A stretch of DNA of 64,000 bases, taken from assembly GCA_020137815.1 (NCBI GenBank), contig CM035355.1:6696001-6760000 (forward strand), read 5' to 3'. The notes under the pieces were generated by a model, which did not search any database, was not told where the DNA came from, and was given only the letters and a program-made list of their open reading frames with translations. The position numbers and the translations under genes were made by a program. Below, in pieces: positions 1 to 14,700 of the stretch. Source of the DNA: Hormiphora californensis (Eukaryota; Animalia; Ctenophora). Each line of letters starts with the position of its first letter. Position 1 is the stretch's first letter.

Positions 1-525
1 ATAAACCGAGGGAGGTTTGAGTCATGTTTGGATTGAGCAGTCTCCTCTCCCTAAATGGAGGAGCGGGTAGTAGGTATTATAAGGAAGCTTGTCTTTTCCA
101 CTTAGAATCTGGGTGTTTAAAAACATGATAAATGTGTATTGTGTTGGAAAATTGGCAATTAAAGAAACTGTTATGTTCGTTGAACGCTAACAAAAGAAGA
201 GAGCTTCTGTGAGAGGGGGTGCGTTGCCATTATCTATTTTGGGGGCCCTCAGAGGTACCAAAATAGCACTGTTGCACAACTGTCAGCTGTATCATGCACC
301 ACTCCCTCTCCACCCCTTTAAGAAAGGGCGCCCCCTACTGCTGCACCAATTATCTACCCACGATATGTTAATTTCCAAATGATAGATGATAAATTTGAGG
401 GTATTGGTTGTTGTGTATCTCACACTGCATTTTGTTTCATGAAATAACATCACAGAGCGAGCGCCGAGCGTGCTCTGTGAGGGTTTGGCACAGCTCTGTA
501 TTTTACCCCATCTCTATAATTTCAG

Positions 526-2986
526 CCGGTAGCTGCTGAAGATCTGGATAACGATTCCATGAGTACGGGAAGTGCAGGTTCCCTACAAGATCCTGACAGC
601 CTGGGAATGGATAGTGACAACGCTGATCCTGAAGGTTGGTTTTTATATTTTGAACTATCTTCCCCAACTTCATGTCTTATTTCACAACTGTTGTCTTATT
701 TGTTGTCTTATTCCCGAACTTCAATCTTCATGCTTTATTCCCCACCTTCACCATGGACCGTGTTCCCCCCGATATTTAATCCCCCCTCCACAGCGTCGTG
801 TTCCCACTTCCCTATATTTATCACCACAACCTCCCCCTCCACAGCGTCAGGTGAGTTTAACGGTGAGAAGAGGAACAGTGTGGTTGAGGTGAGTAGCACG
901 CAGGATGAAGATGAAAACATGAGTTTCAATGTCCTTCCCGCTCTCGACAAAGACAACTACAAACCAATCCATGAGCGGTTTAGCACGATTAAACCGAATG
1001 CGACCCTCTCAAAGCAGATGCTCCAGAATAACAGTGAGAATGATATCAGGAATCAGATGATGATTTATAAACAGGTGAGAGAGGGTGATTATTCGAGTGG
1101 TTAGTGGTTAGTGGTGGGTTAGTGGTTACCGGAAGGTGATATATACTGGAACAATAATTATTGAAGCGTGTTTTAGGGGGGTAGGTGTTGTTTATATTCG
1201 TCTGCTGAATGGGTAGTTTTAGATTTTCGAATTAATGAGCAATCATTAATTTTCTTTTCCAAAACGACCACTTTTCCCCCCGTAGATGCGACAGTCGAAT
1301 CTGAAGCAACTAAAACAGCTGGAACAGCGTCACCGTGTTTCAATCGAGGAACTGCGAAGGCTCCTAGAACGGGATCTTGATACTCTCCGGTCATCTAACG
1401 AACGGGAACTTGAGAAGTTTAGGCAAAAACAGAGAGATGACAAGATTCAACGTGATCGGTGAGTGACGAGTGTGTGTGTGTGTGTGTGGTATTTTAATTG
1501 CTCTTTTAAAAAAGGTTACTTGTAGCAATTGAAGTGCGGGGCACTAACAGGAGTTTGTTTGCTCTAAGAGCGGAATTCGTTTGTAATAGTAAGGGGGCCG
1601 GGGGTCGGGAGTAGAAGTATGATATCAGGATTCAGGGTAACGGAAATTGGAAAAATATAGAGTGAAAAATGAGAACGGTAACTAGACAGAGAGAAAAGAG
1701 ACGCAGAGAAACGGAATAGAGATACCGAGAAAGAGATAAAGACACAGAGAAAAAGATAGAAACAGACAGAGAAAAAGAGAGGGGGTATAATGATGAAGAA
1801 AAATATGGAATATATATTCGGGACAATGGATATGAAAGCGCATTGAATGTTTCTACGACGGTGTATGTGTGTGAAGAGAGGATAAAGAGAGACAAATATA
1901 TATATCACGTTTTGCAGTAGCTCTCAGTGGCATTAGATCACCTCTTGGCTCTTAGTATTCTTTCTTTCTTGCTATCATCTACCTCCCCTCTATCGCTCTC
2001 TATCTCTCTCCTGCTCTATTAGCGTTCCCTCTCTCTCGATCAGCGCCCCATTCTCTCGCTACTAACTCGTTCTATCTACTTCTCACATTCCCACAACATA
2101 CCGCACCTCTTTATTGAATTGTCCCTCTTTGTCTGATCCACAGCTGTGTTTCTGAAGAAAGAGGGCAAATACAAAGTGTACACATACAATCTGTACAATA
2201 GGGGTTGCTAAGTTGAAAAATATCGCTTTCGAACATTATGTCTGGTATTCAGTGGGTAATTTTCTACTGATATCCGAAGTTTCAGCCCAAACGGTTGAGC
2301 CACTTCGAATCGCAAGCGACTTTCATAACCCGCGTTTTTGCGTAAATAATGGGAAATTTAGGGTTAATGAAGTCAATGGAGCACTATATTTTGTATACCT
2401 TGCTGTATACTCAAAATATCGCTTTCGAACATTATGTCTGGTATCCAGTGGGTAATTTTCTACTGATATTCGAAGTTTCAGCCCAAACGGTTGAGCCACT
2501 TTGAATCGCAAGCCACTTTTGTGACCCTTATTTTCGGTGAAAAATCGGGAAAAAAAATCGAAAAAAAAATTTTGAAATTTTAAAATTTCAAAACACGGAA
2601 ATTAGTCCCTAGAACATCCCAATACACGTGCAACACTTTAAAATTGTGTATTTTTAATTTTCAACTTAGCAATGTACAATCTGTACAATGTACACATGTA
2701 CAGTCTGTACATGGATCCAGTGGATGTCAGAGTTCTCTATTTCAACCTGAATTTAATCAGACAAAGCACTTCATCATCCAGGGCTCAATGACGTCATCAG
2801 AAACGTCATTCTTCTAATAGTTCCCTCAGAATGAAAGTGTCTAAAGAGGGGGAAATGTTGAGGGAGGGGAGAGTAAGCCCAGTAGAAATGATATCACTCC
2901 AACTAATGTGTGTCAAATCATGTGTTGACTTTGAATGAAATAAAACAATATACGTCGGTGTGTATAAACCATTTCCCTTCTCCCTT

Positions 2987-3018
<32 letters not shown>

Positions 3019-4509
3019 CCCCCTCTCCCTCTTCACTGGGTTATATTTCGGTGGTAACAGCGGTTGTGGTATCATGTTATCTACATGGCATCCTGCCAAA
3101 AGAGGGAGTCTCCCCCTGTGTGTGTATAAAATTCAGCTCATCATGATAGCCGAGCTGGCAAGAAGTCTTATATAGCAGACACGTGCAGCAGGGATAATAG
3201 TTTTAGCTGTGGTTTTGGGATCGTGTCTCATTACTTTCCCTAGTAACTACACCTCTCCCGTAGCAACCAGTTACCCTAACAACACTAGTACTATACTAAC
3301 AACAGTGAATTCACCCTTTTTTATCCTAGCAACAGTGAATTCACCCTTTTTTATCCTAAAAACACTGAATTCAATTCACCCTAACCCCCTTTTTCAGTGA
3401 TGTGGATAGAGCTGAGAAGAAGTTTGTTAAGACTCTGCTTGACAAATATGATAACTGCTATAAAACTCAGACAGGAGAATCTAAAAAGGTAAGATAATTT
3501 GCCTCGCTCCCCCTCTCTCCTTGCTCGACCTTCTCTCAACTTTGTAAAGGAGGGTTAGAACATTTAACAAGAGATGACGTTGTGAGCTTTCGGGTTTACT
3601 TTTGTTTCTATTGTTTTTCTGGCGAACATCCCTGGGCCTTGTCACGGGTGACCTTAGTTCACAGATTGTAAGCTAAAAGTGATCTGTGTTCCATTGATAT
3701 ATTGAAGGATTTCATTTCCCATCATTTCCAAGCTGACACCGTTCCTTCCACCAGCAATACATGCAACAGAAGGAGAGATTGAAAAAGGAGTTATCTCAGA
3801 CGCCCAAACAGAACCGCAAAGTATCAATTGATGTCACGAAGGAAAGGTTAAAGAGGGATCTGGATGAGAGAGATCAGAGTTACCTTCAACAAGTCCGAAC
3901 GGTAAGGTTGAGATGTACAAATTACATGTGTGTTAGAACATGACTAGAATTTCTTCCCTCCTAAATTCTCGTCATCCTTTAATTTTACCCCCCCCCCCCC
4001 CGGCTTTTTTCCCTTTTTGTATCTTCCCCGCGATTTCTACCCTCTTTAATTTCACCCCCATCTCTCGACTAGGAGAATGAGAGCGAGGTGAAATCCCATC
4101 GTCTTGGCTCCATGAAGAACAACCACTTTATTGACGGACAAAGTCTGCAGGAGGAGTGGAACTTGATGGAAGGTAGGGGAATGTAATTGAATGTTGAATC
4201 AGTAGTAATCGTTCAAGGAGGGGAAATGTTGGAATATGACATAATCAGGATAGTAAGAGAGGGCTTGCCAGATTTTAAACAGTTATATAACTTTTTGCTG
4301 GTTGTCTTACTACATGCACAGATAGTAGTCCTAGATATGTCATGTCATGATATAGTGATGTCAATAATCGACACATGACATCACTTGTAATGTATCATGA
4401 TAAAGAGACAATGAAAAAACAGAGAGAATAATATTCAATGACATTATCCTACATTTTAACAAGGTTTCACACAATTCAGTTAATCACGGACACAATGTTT
4501 TGTGCTTAT

Positions 4510-4584
<75 letters not shown>

Positions 4585-5479
4585 ACACTCTCTAAAATAT
4601 GCACATTTTCAACGTGCTAACTAGTAACTCTACACACATTTATAACACTCCCTGTTCTTTGTGATATGAACACCTGACAAGTAGTGACATCACCACTCTA
4701 AACTCCAATAATGACGTCACCAATCAGTGTAATATGACGTCATCAATCAGTGTAATATGACGTCATCAATCAGTGTAATAGTGACGGTGTTGATCATGTG
4801 TCAATTGTGCACGTTGTAGTTCAGTTCATGACGTGTTCATTCAATCTGTTATTTTACCCCTGCACGTACAAGGGATTTAGATCACTTCATTCGAAGTTAG
4901 TCTAGAATCATACGAAATCAATCATAATATCAAAATATCTTAATGCCAGCTCTTGATATCTTCGATTCTGTAAACCACTTTCACCAGTCACAAAACATGT
5001 GTAATATATTCCAATTATTTTCAGTGCACATGACATCACTGGCGCACATGACACGAAAACACCACTACGACATGTGTGGACTGGAGGAGAAACACTTGCA
5101 GGAGATACATGGTCTGAGACAGCAACAACTCCAGGATCAACTTAGTACCGAGTGGGAGAATCAGGTTTGTAGGGGGGGGGGGGGGGGCAGGGGCCAGAGG
5201 GGGGAGGACTGTGGGAGAATCAGGTATGTAGTGACTAGGGGCCAGGGAGGGGGGATTGCAGTAAAATCAGATGCGTGTGTATCATTATCACATATTATTG
5301 CTTCCTTCTTGGCCTAGTACATAAAGCATTAGTTGTGTCATCGCTAAGTTGAATAATTGATTCCTCTCTCTACCCTAGAGCTGAGCAGCAAACAGAAATA
5401 GGCATATAAGAAGAGCGAGAGAGGCGCCTACTACATTATAGCTCTCTTATCTCTCTATCTCTCTCACGTCTCCTCTCTA

Positions 5480-5576
<97 letters not shown>

Positions 5577-7535
5577 CTATAATAATACACACACACACAC
5601 ACACTCAAACCACATAATAAATGGTACACCAAACACTTGTTCCATTATATTGAACACACACAGACGCACACACACACATTTCCTACCCTGTTCTTTACTA
5701 CCATTATCTCTTCATATCTCCTTCTACAATTATACTCTCTCCCAGCTCCCTTTTTGTTTCTGGTACGTCATTATATTCATCTTAATTGGATAAAGTGTTC
5801 TAACCAATTAATTGATAACTGCATAATTGCTAATTACATAATTGATAATTAATTGAATCCCCTCTCCTCCAGATGGAATACACCCAGAGAATGCAGAAAG
5901 ACCTGAGGAGAAAACATGCCCTACAAAACAAACAACAGCCAAAGAACCTGAAACGAAAGAGAGCTCAAATACACAAACAGTTTGAGGCTACCTGCAAAAT
6001 TATCGAGAGTCAGGTACAGTCGTGATTACTAATTAGTTACTTATTAAATCAGAGTCAGGTTAGTCAAGACCATAATAATTGGTGTGCGTTTGTGTCCAAG
6101 GAAAAAGTACTTGAATCCGCTTGGATCGTCCGGTTGTAGGACAATCGGGTAGGTAGTAGGTAGAGTCATGATAAGAGGAAAGCATCAACCCCTCCCTCAG
6201 ACTCCCTCCAGTGGAGGGCCTCCACTCTAGTGACTAGTACCTCCTCTAGTAACCCCGCCTCTCCCGCCACTCTAGTTCTAACCCAGTGCTAACCCAATGT
6301 TTTCCTTCCAGTACAAGGAGCTTCAAAAGGACTATCTGAAAAGTCAGCCCAAGGAGCTACACAGGGATATCTGCAAAAAGCTGAAGGAAGATAAAATGGC
6401 CAAAATGATCGCCCTGAACGACCAATACAAAAAGAGTATTGCCGACCATTTGGAGAGAGAACAGGTGAGAGAAAGTGAGAGATAGAGAGATAGAGAGAGA
6501 GGGAAAGAGAAAAAGAGTGAATGCTATTGTTGGTATGTACACAGGTCTGGTAATAACATCTCTCCTAAAGTAGCACTGAGTAACAAAATCAGCTACCGTG
6601 TACACTTACACACACATTGAACACCATACATCACTAACTTCCTATATCAGCCACATGCCCCCACTGCCCCATCACACATACTACTAGTAGGCTTTGTACC
6701 AAAATTAGAATGCTCATCAATCTAGCCATGATATTATTTACTAGCCCCCACTCCCCCGGCCCCATCCAACTACTAACACCCCATACCCCCTCCCACTCCC
6801 TTCTAACACCCCTCCCCCTCAGATAAACCTCTCAGTAACACCCCCCCCTCAGATAAACCTCTCAGTAACACCCCTTCCTCCCTCAGATAAACCTCTCACT
6901 AACACCCCCCCCCCCCTCAGATAAACCTCTCAGTAACACCCCTTCCTCCCTCAGATAAACCTCTCACTAACACCCCATTCCCCCTCAGATAAACCTCTCA
7001 GTAACACCCCATTCCCCCTCAGATAAACCTCTCAGTAACACACCCCCCCCCCCTCAGATAAACCTCCCTTCTAACACCTCTCCTCCCCTCCCCCTCAGAT
7101 AAACCTCTCAGTAACACACCCCCCCCCCCCTCAGATAAACCTCCCTTCTAACACCTCTCCTCCCCTCCCCCTCAGATAAACCTCTCAGTAACACAAACGG
7201 CAGAGCAGGAAGCTGTCCGGGAATCGCTCCAAAAGGAACAGGAACTCCTGCAACAATACCAGGAACGCCTCCAACAACGTCTCAGTGATAGCATGTCCAA
7301 AGAAGTCGAACTATTCATAGAGGACAGCGATCGGAGGTACAATGTTCTGCAACTAGAACTTGAGGATGCGGACAGGGAGTTTGCTGTTGCTAGGGACGAG
7401 GCCATGTCTAGGGAGAGGGCACGCCAGAGAAAAGAGCTGACGGATCATCAACAAATGTCACATGAGCTTATGTATAGTACAGGGTATAACAGAACTTGGG
7501 GAAGGGCGAGTAATCCGTTCTTTAAAATTGGGTAA
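526..7535 (+). CDS. TAOK: TAO (thousand-and-one amino acid) Ste20-family kinase, C-terminal coiled-coil half; multi-exon, kinase domain lies upstream of the window
   Basis: Exon translations HERFSTIKPNATLSKQM..IRNQMMIYKQ, MRQSNLKQLKQLE, KERLKKELSQTPK, RKHALQNKQQPKNLKRKRAQIHKQFEATCKI, KKLKEDKMAKMIALNDQYKKSI and INLSVTQTAEQE parallel the TAOK C-terminal region (HFATIRT, QMSGYKRMRRQH, QQPKSLK..QIKKQF.DTCKIQ). Introns are GT-AG. Confidence 0.85.
2200..2672. mobile_element. Non-autonomous TIR element (MITE) in TAOK intron
   Basis: Terminal inverted repeat TTGCTAAGTTGAAAA / TTTTCAACTTAGCAA, an internal ~110-bp direct repeat (2216-2325 vs 2413-2522), and TGTACAAT on both flanks as a possible 8-bp TSD. 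Confidence 0.6.
4513..4592. repeat. (CT)n microsatellite
   Basis: Direct reading of the sequence. Confidence 0.95.
5443..5605. repeat. (CT)n then (CA)n microsatellite
   Basis: Direct reading of the sequence. Confidence 0.95.
6800..7195 (+). repeat. Minisatellite (~11 x 29-42 bp) built from the last TAOK splice acceptor plus exon start
   Basis: Unit CCCTCAG|ATAAACCTCTCAGTAACAC. The last copy continues into the coding exon INLSVTQTAEQE. Confidence 0.9.
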
Positions 7536-8770
7536 TATTTAACACGTGTGATTAGTGATTAATTAGTGGTAATTAGTTGCTAATTACACATATCGTGTTA
7601 TGTATCATCTAGTTTTGAAAGGATTGCTAATTATGTGTACTAGCCACAGATATATCTGGTACTACCACCTAGCTCGACCAAGTGTGTATGTATCACATAA
7701 TATAATGTATTATTTTCTGTGTGCGTGTGTGTGTATGTGTGCACCGTGTTTTAAAGACATTTTTCTACAAACCCCCCGTCACATATTATATGGTATATGA
7801 ATGAAAGAAAGAGAGGGAGAGAGATGATTCTTTGGTGCCATCTTTCTGACGGACTATTTTTATAAAATCCTGTCTTGTAGGAAGCGAGATATGTGTAGGA
7901 ATGGAAAGTGTTTTGTCATATATCTACCAAATTTACACACAAACCCATTGCTTCATATTATACACGAACATTCAGATATTATATTGTTCTCCCCCATTAG
8001 ATCTGTTATTGTGTTAGTGTATTAGGTGAGAGACATGTTACAGTGTGAGAGAAACAAGGAGAATCAAGTTTGTACTACACTGAGAGAAAATGTTGGTGTT
8101 TTTTTCATTTTCCTTCTTCCCCTCTCAGTTATAACATGAAGACAGGCGTGTGTGTGTGTGTCCATCGAGCGTGTAAATGATTTGACTGAATTTAACAAAT
8201 TTAAGGTGATATCCCGTGTCTTCTCTTTGTCTCCTCTCTGCTCCCCCAAAATCCTGCCCGGTAATGCGCTTGTCACACTCTCGCAGGAATGTGAGTGTTA
8301 TTTTGGTGTTACACACGCCGGCAGCTGCGCGAGTTTCGTACGCGCAGGTTTGAGAGTTCACTCACTTCAGCACTTCAAATGTAGACCTCATTTTGTAACG
8401 CGCAAATTTATGCCGCGCGTAACAAGTTTACGTGCCGCGCGGAGGAAGATATTCATGTTTATTTGAAAATCTGAAGAAATTTTGGTTTGACCAAAATCTT
8501 TTTTTGACGAAAAATTGTGAAATATCACGTTTTCACCGATTTTATTCGCTTTTTATGCCCAAATTTTCCTAAACTTGAGCTTGAGAGGACTTAATTTGGT
8601 CGCTAGCCAAACCGATTTCCCCTGAAAGATAATCAAAATGGGTTGCGGTTCATCGGTAAGAACTCCTCTAACGGTGGCATAGTATTTATCATGCTTGATC
8701 TAAGATATAAAACACAAAGCTATATTTTTATTGAAATTAATTTCAGACAGCAACTTCTGGTGCCACTGTT

Positions 8771-11700
8771 ATGGCAGAATCTCCAACAAAGAAGCAGGAA
8801 ACAACTGCCCCGACAACACCAAAAGAATCTCCGCAGAATGAGGAGGGAGTTGTTGCTAAAACTGAGCTAGATAAGCCTGCAGAGAACGGGGAGAAACCTC
8901 AAACAGAAGAAGCTGTGAAGTCTGCAGAGCTAACGGAAGTTTGTGCTCCTACTAAAGAGGTAGGAAACTGTTGCTGCTGATCTAATGCCCCGTCTGGCGG
9001 TGCTGACCCGATCTCAGTGCACTGTCAAATCATATCGGGGTCTGGCGCCAGATAGGTTATGCCCATCTCTGTCTGTGCTCACTGTATATTTCAGGACGAG
9101 GAACCGCCGATACCAAACTTCGTAGAACCTCCAGTTAATCCATGGAATTCATGTATTATTTGGGATGAACCCGGAACTTTTGGGGGGAAAGCCAATTTCT
9201 TCACCAATTGGTACTCCAAGGGGTACTTGATCACCAAAAAAAGTTTCAATCTCAATTTTTAGGGGAAGTCACCTAAATTGGGCCTAATTGGTTACAGGGT
9301 AATTACATGGTAAACCCAAACCGTAAATCAACTTAGGAATGGAGTTAAGTAAAAACTAAGGACACTAAAATGTGTAGCGTCTTCGCATTAGTGGGGGTAG
9401 GTGCCGGAATTTAGTCTCTATCTCATCTGGTTAATGAGATAATTGGATAATTAGATCGGCACATAGCCGTTTTGGCCATATATGGCTATAGCCATGTTAG
9501 GAAAGGAGTAGAGACAAAACCGAGGGCACTAAAATGATCAGCGTCCTCGAGTTAGTGGGGTAGGTGCTAAAATTAATTCTCTATATCATCTGGTTAATTA
9601 GATAATTGGATAATTAGGTGTGAAAATAACCGTTTTTGGATATATATGGCTATAGCCACTTAGGAATGGTTTAGAGACTTTTCACTGATGCCATCTTGTA
9701 GGCAATGGCCAAGTTATGGGGGGTCTATGTCGGACTTTTAAGCTCTATCTTCAACCGTTTAGCCGTTATTTGGTGCTGAAATGGGTAAAAAAGGGTAAAT
9801 AGTGCGTTTTTTGCTCATTTTTTGCTCATTTTTGTCCATTTCAGCACTTTTAAAGCCAAATAACGGCTAAACGGTTGAAGATAGAGCTTAAAAGTCCGAC
9901 ATAGACCCCCCATAACTTGGCCATTGCCTACAAGATGGCACCAGTGAAAAGTCTCTAAACCATTCCTAAGTGGCTATAGCCATATATCCAAAAACGGTTA
10001 TTTTCACACCTAATTATCCAATTATCTAATTAACCAGATGAGATAGAGAATTAATTTTAGCACCTACCCCCACTAACTCGAGGACGCTGATCATTTTAGT
10101 GCCCTCGGTTTTGTCTCTACTCCTTTCCTAACATGGCTATAGCCATATATGGCCAAAACGGCTATGTGCCGATCTAATTATCCAATTATCTCATTAACCA
10201 GATGAGATAGAGACTAAATTCCGGCACCTACCCCCACTAATGCGAAGACGCTACACATTTTAGTGTCCTTAGTTTTTACTTAACTCCATTCCTAAGTTGA
10301 TTTACGGTTTGGGTTTACCATGTAATTACCCTGTAACCAATTAGGCCCAATTTAGGTGACTTCCCCTAAAAATTGAGATTGAAACTTTTTTTTGGTGATC
10401 AAGTACCCCTTGGACTACCAATTGGTGAAGAAATTGGCTTTCCCCCCAAAAGTTCCGGGTCCAAGCAAGAATTCCATGGATTAAGTGTCGGTCAAGTGAG
10501 TAACACTTTCTCTGTCTTGCAATACCAGCATGTTTTTACTGCATGGACGCTCAGCTAATTTACTGATTTTCTGTGTATCGTAGAGAAGATTGGATTGGAA
10601 CAACTTTGTGTTTTTCAGTCGCTATGGTCAGGATGAAGACTCAGAGGGAGGGGCTGACTATGATATACAATTCTGGTCCGAACTCTACCGACCTACAACC
10701 TGAACACTTATTGTTACTTAAACATCTGATTCAATTTCTAGTAGTTAATAAGAAGGCCAGAAGTGAATACTAACTCAATCATCATGTTTGTAAAGCTGTG
10801 AGATTTTGCATGTAAAAACTCTAAATTCGTGTACTCTCTTTCTGACTTAACCAAGGATCCCAATTGTTATCTAGAGATGTCGACATTTCTGAAGATTGGT
10901 CAGCTGCCGACTCCGTTGCTGTTGATTGCCCTCTCACAATTCGACGGACAGTTAAACATCTCACGGACCATTTTAAGAGCAATGACCTTGCTGGTTTGCA
11001 TCTGGCAAGAGCTGCATTTCGGTGGATAACTTGTCACATTCAATGGAAACAGGGTGGTTCTCAGGAACCTGACTCCGTTCTCAGAAAGGGAGGCGGAGAA
11101 GATGCAGGCTTTTGTTCTCTCTTCGCTGCTATGTGTAGGGAATGTGGTTTAACTACAAAAACAGTACGTTCTGTTACACACCTTTTAGTCTAGTCCATGG
11201 TCCATATGTGTTACATTGATTGTGTCACAAGAAGAAGAACAGCAATTGTTTTAACTTTTACAGCGGTATTTGGATCGGGTTAATGTTATTTTAAAAACGT
11301 ATTGATCTCTAGGTATCTGGGTACGTGAAAGATTCAGGTTACATTCCAGGAACAGTTCCTGACAGCAACACAGTGAAACAATATTGGAACACTCTGGAAG
11401 TGGAACCTGGTATTTTCCTTACCGTGGACTGCCTTCGTGCTGCAGGATTTGTTAGAAACGGAAAGTTTGAGCCCGTGTGAGTTTCAATCAATCCTATTAA
11501 ATTAAATTGCCACCACCATATTCATCGAATTGAAACTATGGAGGTGTGATATAAAGGAGTTTAATCTTAGATTAAAGTTTGGTAAATGTTTACACAGGTG
11601 TGGAGATTAAATTATGTCTCTGGATCAGCTGTGTAGGGCTGACGGCACCCCGCACCGTAAATCATGTCACAAGAAAATCTCAATGTATGGCTAAAGCCAT

Positions 11701-14700
11701 ATTTACAAATGCAATGATTTATGATCCATCTTGACACCATTTCTCGCACCAGGTTTTCCGAGTTTTTCTGGCTTCCCTCGCCCTCTCAAATAATCTACAG
11801 CCACTTCCCGGAGCAGGCGGAGGACCAGGGTTGCAGTAACACATACACATTGGTATGTAATATGCCCTGTTAAAACTACAGGGTCACATGGTAATTAGGT
11901 TGGTTGTCATAGATACCGGGTATAACAAACTCCGGGCATAACATCTGACCTACTGTGACCTCTCTTCTCTCTTTATGTCACACTCTCCCATGATCACAAT
12001 TTCAGGAGCAATGGTCCGCCCTTCCTAAAGTTACCGATCTTTACTTTGAGTGAGTAATTTTTGCCTGTAAATCGATAGAGTGGACTGTAGATGTAAAGAA
12101 TTAAATGGGAAGAAAAGAATAAGAGACAATTGAGTTTACTAACTGCAGAGTACATACAGACCGTTAGTTTTAATTTCATTTCTGCACCTAGGGCCAACCT
12201 CAGGATGCCAGATGGGTTACGAGGTATATTTGGGACTAATGACAAGGGAATTCTTGAGTTAAATCTCACTGGATGTCCTAATATGGTGTTTTCTTCTGAA
12301 GTTATACGGTTAGCCCTCTAGCATAGTCTTAAAATAAACTAGTATAGAAGTATTTCAGCCTTTGAATTGTTCATACTTTCGGAGCACGGAAACAGTGTCA
12401 AGCGACTCAATTCAGCCTAGCCATTTTTACTATGTTTTAACGTTTCAGACTTCACCCAAAACAGAAGCTGAGCCAAAGTTATTCGTATGTGAGCCATGAG
12501 AATGAAACGTTAACTCTGATGTCCGGTTACCCTGAAAAGGGTAATTTTGTATTAAGGTAAAGTGACAGTCCGAATATTCTGTATTCATCGAAATCTTTAC
12601 TTTTTTTACTTTGGGAGCCTCTCCACGGACACTCCAGACGAGGGCGACCAAAACAGACCTTTGTGGATGTACTGCGGCGGGACACGGGACTCAGGGAAAC
12701 CTCCGAAATAGCTTCTTTGATGGCTGATCGTGTAGAGTGGAGAAATGTTATCCATGGAGTTCGGAAATACCACACGTGGAATCCGCCCTAAGTCAAGTCA
12801 AGTCAAGTCTTCTTCACCATTCATGAAAAGTGAAATTTCACTCGCCAACGTTGCGCGCGAGGTTTAAATCTTATGAAAGTTGATATTTCAGCACTGGAAT
12901 TTTCTCGCGCGAAGTGCTGCACATGGTTCCCCAAGACGCGCGCAGTACCAGCTCCATAAAGTCGGATTTTTTGAAACTGTCACCCCCCTATTGGCTCCAT
13001 TGCAACCTATTCTCGCTCCGCGTGTGAGATCGATCTCGGTCGCTGCGCGACCTCGATCTCACTCAGGCATCAATGTGGCCAAACCCCCCTAGAGTTTTCA
13101 AATTTCTTTAAATGACCATAAGTCCGGTTCCTGATGAGATAGAGACTTGAAATTTGGAAGTTACGAAGATCTGGCTAAGTTCTTCCGAACCTCCAAATTT
13201 CAAGTCTCTATCTTATCAGGAACCGGAGATATGACAAATTTTTTATTTTAGGGGGGTGACAGTTTCAAAAAATCCGAGTATAATGGAGCTGAACACACTG
13301 AGAATCAAACATCATTTTGATTCTCAGTGCGTTCAGATTTGGTCAGATAAATGAACTGCACATTTCTCCTACTTTCAGGATCCTAACGAAAAAGAGAGGT
13401 GACTCAGGGGCAATGAAAACAGCGATGGAGTTGTGTGTGAGGTGTGGAGTGGGACGGGGGACAGACTCCTTGTACCCTGTCATTGTGGACCACAACCGAC
13501 AGTTTCATCTTATCGGGCCACTTTTGGGGGAACTTGCCAGGGGAACTACCGCTTACTTCCACTGCAAAGTTAAAGGAGCATCTCAGGTAGAAAGACTAGG
13601 AAATAAGGATTAAACAATGACAGCCACCAGAGTTGATTATCAACTCCATGACCACTCTCCTCATATCACGAATGCGAATCATGACACTGCACTGACAGAC
13701 AATTTGTCAGTTTTTGGAATAATTCTGTGCATCATGTACTGTAGCAAATCATTTTCTCAGGTGTCTGTTTTGGTTGATGAGGATATCTGTGCCCTAGAAA
13801 AGATCAGTGACAATAGGAGCACCCTGGAAAAGGAGTTAAAGAACTCCATCCCTGTCGAGCCGGAATCAAAACCAGTAGAAACCACTGAAACTACTCCAGC
13901 AACGCCGATAACAGAGGGTAGAAAAGAGGATCCAGCAACAGAAACGCCTGCCCCTCAAGCCGAAGGGACCCCTGCTCCTGTAGAAACAGAAACAGCTGCT
14001 GAAACACCAGCTCCGGAAGAGACCCCTGCTCCAACAGAAACAGAAGTTGCCGCTCCCGTAGAAGGTGACACAGAAACACCGGCCACTGAAGGAACACCGC
14101 CCACTGAAGAAACACCGCCCACTGAAGGAACACCAGCCACTGAAGGAACACCGGCCACTGAAGGAACACTAGCCGCTGAAGGAACACCGGCCGCTGAAGA
14201 AACACCGGCCGCTGAAGAAACACCGGCCGCTGAAGGAACACCGGCCGCTGAAGGAACACCGGCCGCTGAAGGAACACCAGCCACTGAAGAAACACCGGTC
14301 ACTGAAGGAACACCGGCCACTGAAGGAACACCAGCCGCTGAAGGAACACCGGCAGAAACTGTAGCTCCATCAGACGCCGCTATTCCTGTTGAAACTGAGG
14401 CCGCTGCACCGCCGCCCGCAGATAAAGAAAAGGTATCAGAAGACGCTGGTTCCACGCCTGCAGCAGAAGTAGAGGCCCCACCTGCAGCAGAAGCTCCACC
14501 TGCAGCAGAGGCCCCTCCTACCACAGAAGTAGAAGCCCCGACTCCTTCAGTGACAGTAACTGCCCCAGTCCCAAGTGTGTCTGAGGCTGAGGTGACAAGT
14601 GTGTGGGCAGGCGAGGTTGCTATCAGGGGTCGATCTATCCATCTGGCCGCATATTATGGGACTGATTATGTTAAATTAGTGCGCTTCCAAACTAAGATTA

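Noticed and set aside
3620-3742. Possible H/ACA snoRNA in a TAOK intron (similar candidate at ~51840-51975)
   Set aside because: Hairpin-like segments and a terminal ACA are present, but I found no proper ANANNA hinge. It cannot be supported without a covariance search.
10618-10702. Exon-like segment RYGQDEDSEGGADYDIQFW in the KY-like gene
   Set aside because: Its phase does not match the flanking exons and it has no convincing donor before the stop.
13891-14524. Minus-strand repetitive ORFs
   Set aside because: They are antisense shadows of the coding 18-bp repeat of the plus-strand gene.
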